Positions 24,917 to 36,596 of a stretch of DNA of 64,000 nucleotides are shown in pieces; the first letter of the stretch is position 1; every line of letters begins with the position of its first letter. The notes beneath the pieces were generated by a model. It was not told where the DNA came from and searched no databases. It was given only the letters and a program-made list of their open reading frames with translations. The translations under genes and the position numbers were made by a program. The stretch covers positions 5,693,534-5,757,533 of the forward strand of contig NC_083409.1 of assembly GCF_020745735.1 (NCBI RefSeq), written 5' to 3'. Origin of the DNA: Hemiscyllium ocellatum (lineage: Eukaryota).

Positions 24917-27900
24917 GTAACTTTGTACACCCCCGTCCAACACCGGCATCTCCAAACCCAGATAGGGGCACATTCTTCCAAAAACTACCCTGTCTGGGCC
25001 CTGGAGACTTCAAAATGTTTCAGTGAAATCTCCTCCCAACTTCTAAATTCCAGAGAATCCTGACCCAATCCCCTCCCTCGATCATTAGACAATCCTCTCA
25101 AGCCGTCGCGTGAACTGTTGCTGGGTTTGATCATCTTAGTAAGCGTTTCAAGGAGGGAAGGAGAGAAATAGACACTTTCTACTTTGAATTGATACCACAC
25201 ATTGAAAAAAGCAACAACATATTCTGAGCAAGAATTTTTCACATATTCGGATGTCACTGATGTGGTGTCCTTATATTCTTTATTGTTGCCTTTTCTCTTG
25301 TTCATGTCATTTCGGAGAACAGGGTCAACTGAGAAGGAAATGAACAGCAGAGATTGTTTTCTCTGTTGATTAAATTCACCTTGTTTGCTCCTCTGATCAC
25401 GTGAAAGAAGGGGCAAGGCTCCGAAAGATTGTATTTTCTAATCAAACTGTTGGACTATAACCTGGTGTCGCAAGATTTTTGACCTTGTCCTCTGATCATA
25501 TTCAGGTTGTTCCCAAAAGCACTACATGTTCTTGCTTCTCCAGGTTTGCAGTTGGCGATGTTGACTATGGCTTTCACAATGGTCTCCATCAGAGAGGACC
25601 CACAAATGAGGGACAGAGACCAGAGATTGCTGGCCCCTTCTTGCTCCTCAGTCCGACATCCAAACGCAATGGAACCCCTGGAATCCCGAGCCATGTGCAT
25701 AATGCAAATATTGTGACTGAACCTTGCGATTGTTACCAACCTCACCAGGTCTCCACAGTCACTGAGATTATTTAAATACAGCCTTTGCCTATTAGGGACC
25801 CTGATTGATGGGATACACACTGAAATGGGTTACTAATACTGTATTGGGGAGATACAGATGCAAATTAACAAGTGGAAATCTGATGTTGTGGGTCTAACAG
25901 AGATCCGGGATTGGGGATTCCTGGGGATACAAGGTGTCCAGTAAAGTTAGGAAAGAGGGAAAACTGTGGTAAGTGTCAGGATTGATCTGGTGCAAGACAG
26001 TACTGACTAACCTTAGGCCCTGAAATATGATTGAGATGAAGGGTGAACTGTGGTGGGCTTTAACTCACTTTTACCAGAGTAAAACAGGGATTAACCATTT
26101 CACAAGAGAGTAAATAGATCTAACAAACCAGGTGCATGTGAAACACTTACCCAGTCCCTGAGAGAGGGAGGGACAAGAACAAGATATTCTCAGATAAAAA
26201 GGATGCTAAAAATGGTATCACCCCGAGAGTGAAGGGTGGGGTGGAGATAGTGACAGCGGCATCCCCCAGAGCGTGGTGAAAGTAGCACTAACACATTTAA
26301 AACTGTATAATCACAAGTGAGAATTCAAACAGACACCGAATCAGACATACGGTTTTGAAGATGCACCGTCCTCATCAAAACACGTTTGCAAAGCTCTTCA
26401 TAACACGTAAGGGGAGAGAGACATTGAAAACTGCATTATCACGAGCGAGAGATGGTGCATTTAAATTTTGGATCATGATGGTAAATGTTCCAAGCTGTAA
26501 ACAACACTGGTACATTGACGTCATTAACTTATTAAACAATATTAAAACCTCAGCCAAACATTTTCCTGCAGACAGTGTATTTAAAATATTAAGAGACTTT
26601 CCGCATTGTTGGTTTGATCAGTGACGTAACAAGGAAGCAGCAGCTGCCCCATGAACTCCAACAAAAGGATGTGAACAGGCTCTTCATACGGAGCTGGCTC
26701 CCGAGAATCCAGGTCAACAGCAGGAATCAAAGAACAAGAAACAGTACAGCACAGGAACTGGCCCTTCGGCCCTACAAGTCTGTGCTGACACATTTTGGCC
26801 TTCCTTTCTGAAACTGTCTTCACCTACAGGATTCATATCCCTCTATTGCCTTCCTATTCAAGCATTAGTACAGGTATTTCTTGAATAATTTTATTGTGTC
26901 TGCTTCCACCCTCTTCTCTGGCAGTGTGTTCCAGGTACTCAACTCCCTTTGTGTAAAATATTTACCTCATACATCTCTTTTAAATTCCCCCGCACCTTGA
27001 ACCTCTGTTCCTGAGTAAGTGACGCATGCATCCTGAAAAAAAAGCCTCATTTTTTCCAACCTAACTATGCCGTTCACAACTCTGTAATCTTCTATCACGA
27101 CACACCTCATTTTCGCGTATTCCAATGGAAACAAAGACGTTCTATCCAACCTTTCTTCAGAAGTACAATCCCCCACACCAGACAATACCCAGATAAGCAT
27201 TTTCTGCACCATCTTCAAAACATCCACATCCTTCTGGTAGTGTGCTGACCGGAACTGCATGCAATATTCCAAGTGTTGCATAACTAATGCTCGATAAAGC
27301 TACAGAATGACTTGTCAATCCTTATACTCAATGTCCCTTCCAATGAAGGCAAACATGCCATCAGCCTTTTTTTACTGCGTTACCTCCCTGTGCTGCCACT
27401 TTAAGTGATCCGTGAACGTGCACATCCAGATCCCTCTGCATCTCAATACTCCAAAGGATTTTGCCATTTACGGTATTATTCCCACCTGTACATTACTTTT
27501 CAAAATGCATAACCTCACATTAGTCTGGATTAAATTACATCTGCCATTTTTCTGTCCAAGCAGCCTTCTGATCTATATCCTGCGGTATCCTCTGACAAAC
27601 CTTCTCATTCTCCACAACTCTACCAATCTTAGTACCAACTGTAAACTTACTAATTAGACCAGATGTGCTCTCCTCCAATTCAGTTATGTAGAACACCACT
27701 GACCCCTGTGGAACATCATGTGTCTCCACCTTCTGTTCTGCAAACTATCCTACCATCACTGCCCTCTGTCTCCTGTGACTAAGCCAGTTCTGTATATAAT
27801 ACTGGGAACATTTTAGACAAGACACCTTGTTGCCAGCTCGTCACTGCAACTTGACCCAGTTCATTCAGAAAGAGAAAAAGGACAATGTGGAGATTATTGA

Positions 27901-30900
27901 ACAGACCTCTACACCTGGGCCTGAGGCAGGGGCCCAAGCTCCAACACACTGGCCTCACTTCACACAGTGCGGGGTCATGAACTCAGGCCATCAATTCCTC
28001 TCTAACCGGGACAAAGTGAGAGAGGAGGGGGAATGTCCAGGAGTCAATAAGGAATAAAGCAAGATGGAGTGAGTGTGTTGGCAAGTGTTCAATGGAGGAA
28101 ACATGCTTTGTGATACCAAACATGCTTTGTGATACCCAATACTGACATAGTCCACGCATGATAGAATGAAAAAAAAGCACAATCTGGAGACAATCAAAAG
28201 TCACACCAAAGTACTCCGTTTTGATATATCATAGCATGCAGATCATTTTCATTATGAGGCGATAAGTATACTGGTCCGAAAGTTGTTCTCTCTTTATATT
28301 GCTCTCTCTCCACGATTCTTCAGATGGAGCTGGTTAGAACCTCTTAAAGCCACAATTTATCTGTACTGTTCAGTAATGTGGGGTTGCCGATGGTGGACTG
28401 GGGGACACCTGATGAAGGAGCAGCGTTTCGGAAGCTTGTGATTTAACATATACCCGTTGGCTCGAAACTGCTTTTGTGTGACTTTTGACTTTGTATTTTT
28501 CGGGCAGAGAGAAACAGCTACCTTCTAGTAAGTATAAAGTAGTTGCACAGCAGCTGAGACTTATGGGTAATGCCTCTTCCCATTAGCCATGAATAAACCC
28601 ACATTCATTCCAGTCGATTCCAGCGGGAATGACCTGTCAGTTGCTTCCCAGATATTACATGGCTCACCACCGCCATCTCCAGGACAGTTCGGGAAGGGAA
28701 CCAAATAACATACACGTCAACGCCCGCCCCATCTCAGGAGAAATCAAAATAAATGGCATACAATTCAAATAATCAAACTGGTGAGGCTTGAATTCATCTC
28801 TTTGAAAGACTGGAGCCGTGGCCAGAAACAGGGCCATGACATGGGTAACCCTGATTTGTCAGACTGCAAGGTGGAGTTTCCTTTGGATTATCACTGGGAT
28901 CAGCAAAAAATGAATTATACTCAAAGATCTAACAAACAGCAATCAAAGCGTGCCCCAAACTGCAGAAAACAGCATTTGAGGCCTCGCATCCCCATCTCCA
29001 TCCTTGCTTGTTGCCCTTCCCCTCTGTCCTGCAGAGTGTGGTAGTGACCCATGAGTTTCTAGAAGTGCATCTGACAGAGGGCCAAGGTGAAGTCCTCGGC
29101 CTGAGCACAACTGCCTGACCTGCTGTGCTTTCCCAGTCCCACACTTTTTGACTCCGCGTACACTATCTCTCAGGAGAATGAGCTGTGACACAAGAGGAAA
29201 TGTGGGAGTGTTGGAAAGGCATCGGCAACCTGGTCAGCCTGCAGAGGGGCAGATACAGATTTGATGAGTGAGCTGATATCCTTTCGATCTGAGATGCAGA
29301 CACATGCTTTCAGAGCCACACAGATTACATTGTTACTGACCGTGGCTCCATGGACAATGCTCCTGCCTCATCGTCAAAATGGTCATCAGATTGAAAGCCA
29401 CCTCAGAATTGAGAGCACAGAATCCAGGCTGAGACCGCGATGCACTGTTGAAAGTTGCACAGTCTCTGACTCCGTCATTTGAGGCTCCACCAGCACCACA
29501 CCCCGACCATCCCCACCTCAGGGGGCTCGATAAGATCCCATTCTGAATAGAATCCATCAGTTATCCTGCTCACTATTCAACGAGTGCCAACAAAGGAGAT
29601 TTGTCTCGTCATTCGTTTCCTGTCTGCGGGACCTTACCATCTTGTCCGGGGACATGACTGCTCTGTGCTCACAGCTTTGAATATTCTGAGATGATTAAAG
29701 AAAAACTGCACCAACAAGAGGTCTGTCTTCATTATCATGTAAAAGAGAGAAGTTAATTTTCGCCGTTCAATTATGTTTTATCAAAAAAGCAGCAACATTT
29801 TATTTTATTTCATTTTAAGTTGTTTTGTATTATTTTATTTAAATTTTGTTTATCAAATTTTAGCCCGCTTGATTGGCACCATTTCCACACATATCCATTC
29901 CCTCCACACCAAAATTCAGTAACATTTATGTGTACTATCTAAGAGATTCATTGCGGAAATTCACCAAAGGTCCGAAGACAACACCTTCTAAACCCATGAT
30001 GACTTGAATAAAGAAGGAATAGGGCAAATAACCCCAGCAAGTTCCTCTACAGGCCATTCACCAGTTTGACTTGGAAACATCGACACGGGGTCAGAATCCT
30101 GGAACTCCCTTCTTCAGGATATTATGAGTCTAGCTACGGCACACAGCCTGCAGCGGTTGAAGAAGGCAGGTCAGCACCATCTTGTCCAGATCAATTAAAG
30201 ATGGACAGTAAAAACGCTGGTAAAAGTAAGAGTAGGCATGATGCGGGACCAGAAAGTGTGACTGTGATGTCTCAGTTATTCCTGGACATTGGAGTAATCA
30301 CATCTCAAATACTGTATTGTGTGTAGTTTTGGTCTCCTTATTGAAGGAAGAATATAAATGCATTAGAGGTGTTTCAGAGGAGTTTTTCCCGATTCATCCC
30401 TGTTTTGAGTGGGCTGTGAGATGAGGAAAGATTGGAAAGACTGGCCTTGTTCTCACTGGAGTTTGGAAGTCTGAGGGGTTTCCTGTCCCACTCTATTCTC
30501 CAAATCCCTATCTACCTCCCATGTGTGTTCTACCCTCCTGCCGCTTACTACACGTGGAAATGAACTGTGCAGTCCTGAGGCCTATAACTTCCTTCTGGAA
30601 CTAAGTTTCCAGGTATCTCCGGCACTCCCTGATGTATCTCTGCTTTTTTAATTCAGCCTTCATTCCAAACTCCCTGAGTGAGATTTCCTGTAGTTTTATA
30701 CATTCACTGCAGATGCATTTACTCTGAATCATTTCAACGCAATAAAGAAATGTTGCTTCTACTTCCAACTGAAAAATATCCATTCCTTCATTGGACCAGT
30801 AATTGTCTTCAGTCTCTGTTTTGACATTTCAGTACTTTGTCTTTATTAATCTTCCCGAATTGACATGTCCTGAAGCAGTCTATTTACGCATTCCCTCATA

Positions 30901-31347
30901 CTAAACAATTTCCAGATTCGTATTTTCTTGTTTACCATTTTGTTTCATTCAAACCAAGTGCATGTGCAGGCTCCCAGCAGCTGAAGTGACAGTTCCAAAT
31001 CATTTTGGAAAAGCAAAGGTGGACTCCTTCGCAGAGTTCGCCAAACTCCCACACTGACCAAACCTCCCAGCATTCCCCCCTATGCTGCACTGAGTGCGAT
31101 CTTCAGTATATGAGTTGCCCTGTATTTATATTGTTTTCTGATTTTTCTCACTCCATTCTGTTGTGCTGTTGTTCAGGATTTGGGTTAAGCTCACTTATTT
31201 CTCAATCGAAAGCTTCCTTCTTTCGGCCTGAAAGAGACTTTACATGTGCAACCAGCAAATGGGACTTCAATGTAGAAATCTGTTTTCTGGATTGATGGGC
31301 TCGATAGTTTGATTCAATGAAATAGCCTCGGCTAATCTCTTCAGGTT

Positions 31348-31657
31348 TCGACGTTTTAGGTGTAACCCTTCTTCAGGAAGGTGAGGGTAGGTGTCAGTAG
31401 AGTTGCAGATAAAGGAGTGGGTGGAAGCGAGGTGGTGAGGTGGAGATAGGTTGAGAAAGATAGGGAGTATGACTTGATTGGTCGATGGGAGAGAGGAATC
31501 CAGAATTATGCCTCCCTTTGACCAACCATGTACTACCCTCGACTTGTCTCCACCTATCCCCACCTAACCACCGTGCCCCGGCCACTCCATGTATCTGCAG
31601 CTCCCCCCAACACCCGACGCTCCCAACTTCCAGAGGAAGGGTTCCACCCAAAACGTC
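31348..31657. mobile_element. ~310-bp foldback element built from two Penelope-type ends
   Basis: Left arm gacgttttaggtgtaacccttcttcaggaag... is the reverse complement of the right arm ...cttccagaggaagggttccacccaaaacgtc. Paralog at 56815-57124; right half only at about 3550-3735. Confidence 0.8.
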
Positions 31658-31954
31658 TAATTCTCTATCTCCTGATGCTGCCAGGCTTGCTGTGTTCTCC
31701 CAGCCTCCTGTTTGTCAACCTTGGATTCCACCATTTGCAGTTTGTCTCTAATCTCTTCAGGGGCCACGATGAGTATGAGGAGGTTGGGTTTTGATGGAAG
31801 TACAACAGACTGAAGTCAAAAAAAAAACAAAGAAAGAAAGGCAAGAGGATCAAATTCGAGAGAGCAAATTGTGAGCAAAAAGTGCTTGTTCCCAGTTTAG
31901 CAATTGCAAAGGAGAGAGTGATAACATTGAATTGCTTCTGGTGTCATCCTCTGT

Positions 31955-32890
31955 GTTCAAAGTTTGTGAGAAGATTTGTAGCTCGCGTGCTCGTTGTTGT
32001 GGTTCTGTTCGCCGAGCTGGGAGTTTTGTTGCAAACGTTTCGTCCCCTTTCTAAGTGACATCTTCAGTGCTTGGGATCCTCCTGTGAAGCGCTTCTGTGC
32101 TGATTCCTCCGGCATTTATACTGGTTTGAATCTGCCGCTTCCGGTGTCAGTTGCTGTCCCCTGCAGTGGTCGGTATATAGGGTCTAGTTCAATGTGTCTG
32201 TTGATAGAATTTGTGGATGAGTGCCATGCCTCTAGAAATTTCCTGGCTGTTCTCTGTTTGGCCTGCCATATAATAGTGGTGTTGTCCCAATCGAATTCGT
32301 GTTGTTTGTCATCTGAGTGTATAGCTACTATGGATAGCTGGTCGTGTCGTTTTGTGGCTAGTTGGTGTTCATGGATGCGCGTTGTTACCTGTCTTCCTGT
32401 TTGTCCTATGTAGTGTTTTTTGCAGTCTTTGCATGGGATTTTGTACACTACGTTGGTTTTGCTCCTGCTGGGTATCGGGTCCTTTGTCCTGGTGAATTGT
32501 TGTCTGCGAGTGGCTGTTGGTTTTTGTGTGCTGTTATGAGTCCTAGTGGTTGCAGCAGTCTGGCTGTCAGTTCAGAAATGCTCCTGATGTATGGTAGCGT
32601 GGCCAATCCTTTAGGTTGTGGCATGTCCTCATTTCGTTGTCTTTCCCTAAGGCATCTGTTGATGAAATTACGCGGATATCCGTTTTTGGTGAATACTTTG
32701 TACAGGTGTTCTTCCTCTTTTTGTAGTTCAGGTGTGCTGCAGTGTGTTGTGGACCTTTTGAATAATGTCCTGATGCAACTTCGTTTGTGTGTGTTGGGGT
32801 GGTTGCTTTCATAGTTCAGGGCTTGGTCTGTGTGTACGGCTTTTCTGTATACCTTAGTGGTGAATTCTCCGTTCGGTGTTCTTTGTACCA
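31955..32890 (-). mobile_element. Penelope-like element, 5'-truncated (RT C-terminus + GIY-YIG), young
   Basis: ORFs 32448-32891 (TKVYRKAVHTDQALNYESNHPNTHKRSCIRTLFKR) and 32116-32448 (YKIPCKDCKKHYIGQTGRQVTTRIHEH), about one frameshift apart. Confidence 0.93.
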
Positions 32891-32979
32891 TAACAAAGGA
32901 GCTGGTTGTCCTTTTCTTCCTCTCTCGTGAATCGGATTCCTGTGAGTGTGGCGTTCATGATCCGGCGTGTGTTCTCTAT

Positions 32980-34820
32980 TTCTGTGTTTTGCTGGAAGAC
33001 TGGAGCGTGGCTAATGTCCTGCCAATATTTAGAAGTGGCTGCAAGGAATACCCAGGGAATTATAGACCAGTGAGTCTGATATCAGTGGGGAATAGGTTGT
33101 TGGAGCGGATTTTGAGAGACAAGGTATAAATGCATTGGAAATTCAAGGATTGATTAAGGATAGTCCACAAAGCGTTGTAAGTGGGAAATGATGTCTCACA
33201 AATTTGATTGAGTTTTTTTTTGAAGACATGACCAAGAAGATAGCAGAGAGCAGAATGGTAGACATTGCCTACATGGACACAAGCAAGAACTTTGACAAGT
33301 TACTGCATGGAAAACTGGTTAGTAAGTTAGATCAAGTTGGATCCAGGGAGGGCAAGCTAACTAATACAAAATTGGCTTAATGGGTGGAGACAGACAGTGG
33401 TGGTAGAAGCTTATTGTTCAGGATGGAAGCCTGTGACCAGCAGTATGGCAAAAGGATTGGTTCTGGGTTCATCATTGTTCATCATTTATAGAAACAAATT
33501 GAATGAAAATAAACGAAGCACGGTTTGTGAGTTTGCAGATGACACTAATATTAGTGGTTTCATGGACAGTGAAGAAGGCTATTTGAGAGTACATTTACAT
33601 TATACATTGAGATAATAGTGAGGAGTTGCATTTGGTACAAAAACTAGGCCAGGGCTAACACAGTTAATTGTGAGGCCATGGGGAGTGTTGTCAAACAGAG
33701 TGACCAAGGGGTGGAGGCACATAGAGGATTGAAACTGGTGTCTCATGTAGTCAGGGTGGTGAAGAAAGCATTTGGTACAATTGCTTCTATCGGTCAGCGT
33801 ATTACGTGTGGGAGATGTTACGACTCTCCAAGGTATTCATCAGGCTACATTCCCAGTCATCCTGCTATTGGAAGGATGTCATTAAACTGGCAAGGGTTTA
33901 AAAAGGATGTCACCGAGACTGGAGGGTTTGAGTTTTAAGGAGAGGCTGGTTAGGCCTCGGCTATTTTCGTTAGAAGGTCAGAGGCTGTTGGGCGACATTT
34001 CAGAGGTTTATAAAAACATAATGGACATAGATAAGATGACTAGCTCAGATTTATTCCCCAGGTAAGGGAGTCCAAAGCTAAACATCAGAGGTTTAGAGCA
34101 AGAGGGGAAAGATTCAAAAGGGACCTGAGGTGCATCTCTTTCACATAGAGGGAGGTGCTTGTATTAAACGAGTTGCCAGAGAAAGTCGTAGACGTGAGTA
34201 TGATAACAAAATTTAAAAGACATTTGAACAGGTATCTGGATAGGAATGGTATGGGGAAAATTAGCTAAATGCAATCAAATGGGATTACGGGAATAGATAA
34301 GGGAAATAATTCATAAAGGATGTGAATATTTTGTAGATTGGGTAAACAAAGAAGCCATGGAAGGTTCAGGGATGAGGAAAGTCAGTTATGAACAAATTTT
34401 GGAGAAGTTTAGACTGTCTAACTTGGAGAAGTGAAGGGTGAGTGGAAATTTGTTTGAGCAATTCAAAATCAGAATGTGCCTGGACAGAGTAAATAGGGGA
34501 AAAAAATGTTCCCACTCATGAAAGAATTGAGAAGGAGAGGGCACAGATTTAAAGTAATTAGGGAAAGAATCAAAAGTGAGATGAAGAAAAAATTATCAGC
34601 CAGTGAATGGTTAAGGTGTGGAATGCACTGCCTGAGATTGCAGTGGAGGCAGCTTCAATTAAAACATTCCGAAGGGAATGAGGCAGTTATTTGAAAAGGA
34701 ACAATGTGCAGGGTGACAGGGAGAAAGCAGGAGAATGACACTCAGTGAATTGTTCATTCAGAGAGCCGGTCCAGACAGGATGGTTGGAATAACCTCCTTG
34801 TGCACTGTAACAATTCAGTG
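32980..34820 (+). mobile_element. CR1/HER1 fragments in the residual unit B J-C intron
   Basis: YPGNYRPVSLISV, WKPVTSS; about 32980-34230 shares derived deletions with about 9950-11155. Confidence 0.8.
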
Positions 34821-34875
34821 GTTGTGTGATTGAGCAGAGCTAAAGCTGGGGGTGGTGGGAGCTCGGTGTCTCACT

Positions 34876-34903
34876 GTGCTGCTGCTGCTGTTGCTGCTGC
34901 TAC
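34876..34903. repeat. Imperfect (CTG)n tract 3' of J
   Basis: gctgctgctgctgttgctgctgct. Confidence 0.8.
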
Positions 34904-35236
34904 TGAAGTCAGTGAGATCAGAGACTCGGACAGGGAGCCAGAGCTCACATCAAACTCTGCCCGTGTCCGTCACACTGAGACTGGCTGGAGGCGACTCACT
35001 GATTTCACTCCATGCTGCAGAAATGGGACCACAAGCTGCAAATGGGCAGAGCTCCTCCACCCACTTATATCTTGCTGCTTATCCGGGACAATGGAACTAA
35101 AGAAATACAGCAGGGCACCCTGTGAGACATAGTGCTCCTCAATCAACTATTTCATTCACTGCAGCTCCCCTCTAACACCTTCAACAATTCAGCATTTGTG
35201 TTTTAGGAGGTTTCAGTACTGAAAGGGTTTACTTAC

Positions 35237-35271
35237 TCAGTCTGAGCTTGGTTCCTTTACCGAAAGTAAGC
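35237..35271 (-). other. IGKJ: J-kappa gene segment (LTFGKGTKLRL), apparently intact
   Basis: G CTT ACT TTC GGT AAA GGA ACC AAG CTC AGA CTG A|GTAAGT: FGxGT motif and a canonical donor at 35236-35231. Confidence 0.96.
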
Positions 35272-35310
35272 CACGGTGAGAGCTCCCTGTGTAGAGCCTG
35301 TACAAAAACC
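35272..35310 (+). other. 23-bp-spacer RSS of J
   Basis: CACGGTG + agagctccctgtgtagagcctgt (23 nt) + ACAAAAACC (consensus nonamer). Confidence 0.95.
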
Positions 35311-35814
35311 TCTGCTCTCTGCTTCCCTCCATAACTCTCACCCTCTCCCTGTCTCTCACTTACTCTCATATTCTCTTTGTCATTCATATCTTTCTGTTTT
35401 TCTCATTCTGTTTTTCTCTCTCACTCTGTCTGTCTGTCTGTCTCTCTCTCTCTCACACACTCCCCGCCCCCCCAACACCTTTCTCACTCTCTTTCTTTAT
35501 TTCTATCTGGATTATGTCCAGCTGGCCTCGGGAGGTATGTGGAATTTATTTTTCGATGTTAAATCTTGCAGCTGCTCTCCCCATGTGGCCATGGAGTGTA
35601 AGAGGGAAACTTTAGGCCTTCAGTGAGTGGTGGACAGCACAGGGACTGGAGTGTGTAATGGACAGTGACCATCCCAGCATGGGGTAATTTGTTCAGTTTC
35701 ATTTATATCTAACTGTGGACGTGTCAATGCAGGAGGTGGATGTGTGTGTTCTCTATTTAGAATGATATATAATTGTGGTATGTGTCAGTACAGGCGGTGG
35801 GACTGTGTGCATTG

Positions 35815-35842
35815 AGATTTTGTACAGCTGTGTATCATTGTG
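35815..35842 (-). other. 12-bp-spacer recombination signal sequence 3' of V
   Basis: CACAATG + atacacagctgt (12 nt) + ACAAAATCT, directly after the YYC-QQSYSYPL end; kappa-type configuration. Confidence 0.92.
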
Positions 35843-36134
35843 TAGAGGGTAGCTGTAACTTTGCTGACAGTAATAATCAGCGACATCCTCATTCCGAACG
35901 TTGCTGATTGTCAGGGTGAAGTGTGTGCTGGACATTTGTGTCCCGGTGAATCTGTTGGAGACTCCTGTAAATCGAGTTGCTGCATTGTAGATCAGGAGAG
36001 AGGTTTTTTGCCCTTCTTGCTGCTGAAACCATTCGACATTACCACTGGCACTCTGACTGGATTTACAGGTGATGGTCGCAGTCCCACCTACAGCACCGGG
36101 GGAGACTGAGTCATGGTGATGTCCCCACTGATAC
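35843..36134 (-). pseudogene. IGKV: V-kappa exon pseudogene, unrearranged
   Basis: Acceptor ccccttAG. Reads ISGDITMTQSPPVL*VGL, then a frameshift, then TITCKSSQSASGNVEWFQQQEGQKTSLLIYNAATRFTGVSNRFTGTQMSSTHFTLTISNVRNEDVADYYCQQSYSYPL. TAG at 36088-36090 and an out-of-frame FR1 deletion. Confidence 0.95.
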
Positions 36135-36319
36135 CTAAGGGGTCAGAGAGAAACACAATGAATTCAGAACTGTCACAGAAAGAGCCTGTCAAATGAGAGA
36201 TTGTTGGAGACACTGAGCATTCCTCTGGTTTCAGCATTTTCCCTTCAATAAAAAGTCAGTGGAATTGGAGTGAAATGGAGAGCAGCTAAAGATTCAGGTG
36301 GAAGGAGAGAGATTTGTCC

Positions 36320-36368
36320 CTGCAATACAGAATGCCAGTGGCCAGATCAGCTGTATGTGTGAAATCAT
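36320..36368 (-). pseudogene. IGKV: V-kappa leader exon (MISHIQLIWPLAFCIA-G) with a dead splice donor
   Basis: ATG at 36368-36366; 49 nt of signal-peptide coding. The phase-1 donor reads GCAG|GGACAA instead of GT. Confidence 0.88.
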
Positions 36369-36427
36369 GATGTGTGCTCCTGTCCCTGGGCCTGGTTCCT
36401 GATAAACTCCCCCCTCACTGTGCTCAG

Positions 36428-36482
36428 CTTTGTAAAGCTGCAGTCTGTGAGAGTCTGACTGGGTATTCCTCAATATGTAAAT
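36428..36482 (-). promoter_or_regulatory. V promoter remnant: octamer variant and TATA-like box
   Basis: Minus-strand ATTTACAT at 36475-36482 (one mismatch to ATTTGCAT, light-chain orientation), about 107 bp upstream of the ATG. TTTACAAA lies about 40 bp closer to the ATG. Confidence 0.6.
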
Positions 36483-36521
36483 GGCATCAGGCAGAGAGAG
36501 CCACGTTAGTCCCTCACACTT

Positions 36522-36522
<1 letters not shown>

Positions 36523-36592
<70 letters not shown>

Positions 36593-36596
36593 TCCA
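36523..36596. repeat. (CT)n/(GA)n microsatellite upstream of the V promoter
   Basis: Near-perfect CT run about 40 bp upstream of the octamer variant. Confidence 0.95.

Larger units (their letters stand above)
25800..36500 (-). repeat. Segmental duplication unit B (3' flank, C deleted, J, V, leader)
   Basis: Colinear non-repeat blocks shared with A and, inverted, with about 56550-64000. Confidence 0.85.

Noticed and set aside
25479-25820. ORFs on both strands with faint V-domain-like fragments near an octamer
   Set aside because: No Cys/Trp framework, YYC, leader or RSS.
31930-31954. Heptamer-like CTCTGTG at the left breakpoint of the unit B deletion (RAG-mediated, kappa-deleting-type event?)
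   Set aside because: No nonamer at 12 or 23 bp, one heptamer mismatch, and the junction is occupied by a Penelope fragment.
32517-32530. GGTTTTTGT nonamer
   Set aside because: Inside Penelope coding sequence; no heptamer at 12 or 23 bp.
34830-35132. Plus-strand ORFs with poly-Leu or poly-Ala resembling a signal peptide
   Set aside because: Produced by a CTG repeat antisense to the J intron; no acceptable start or splice context.
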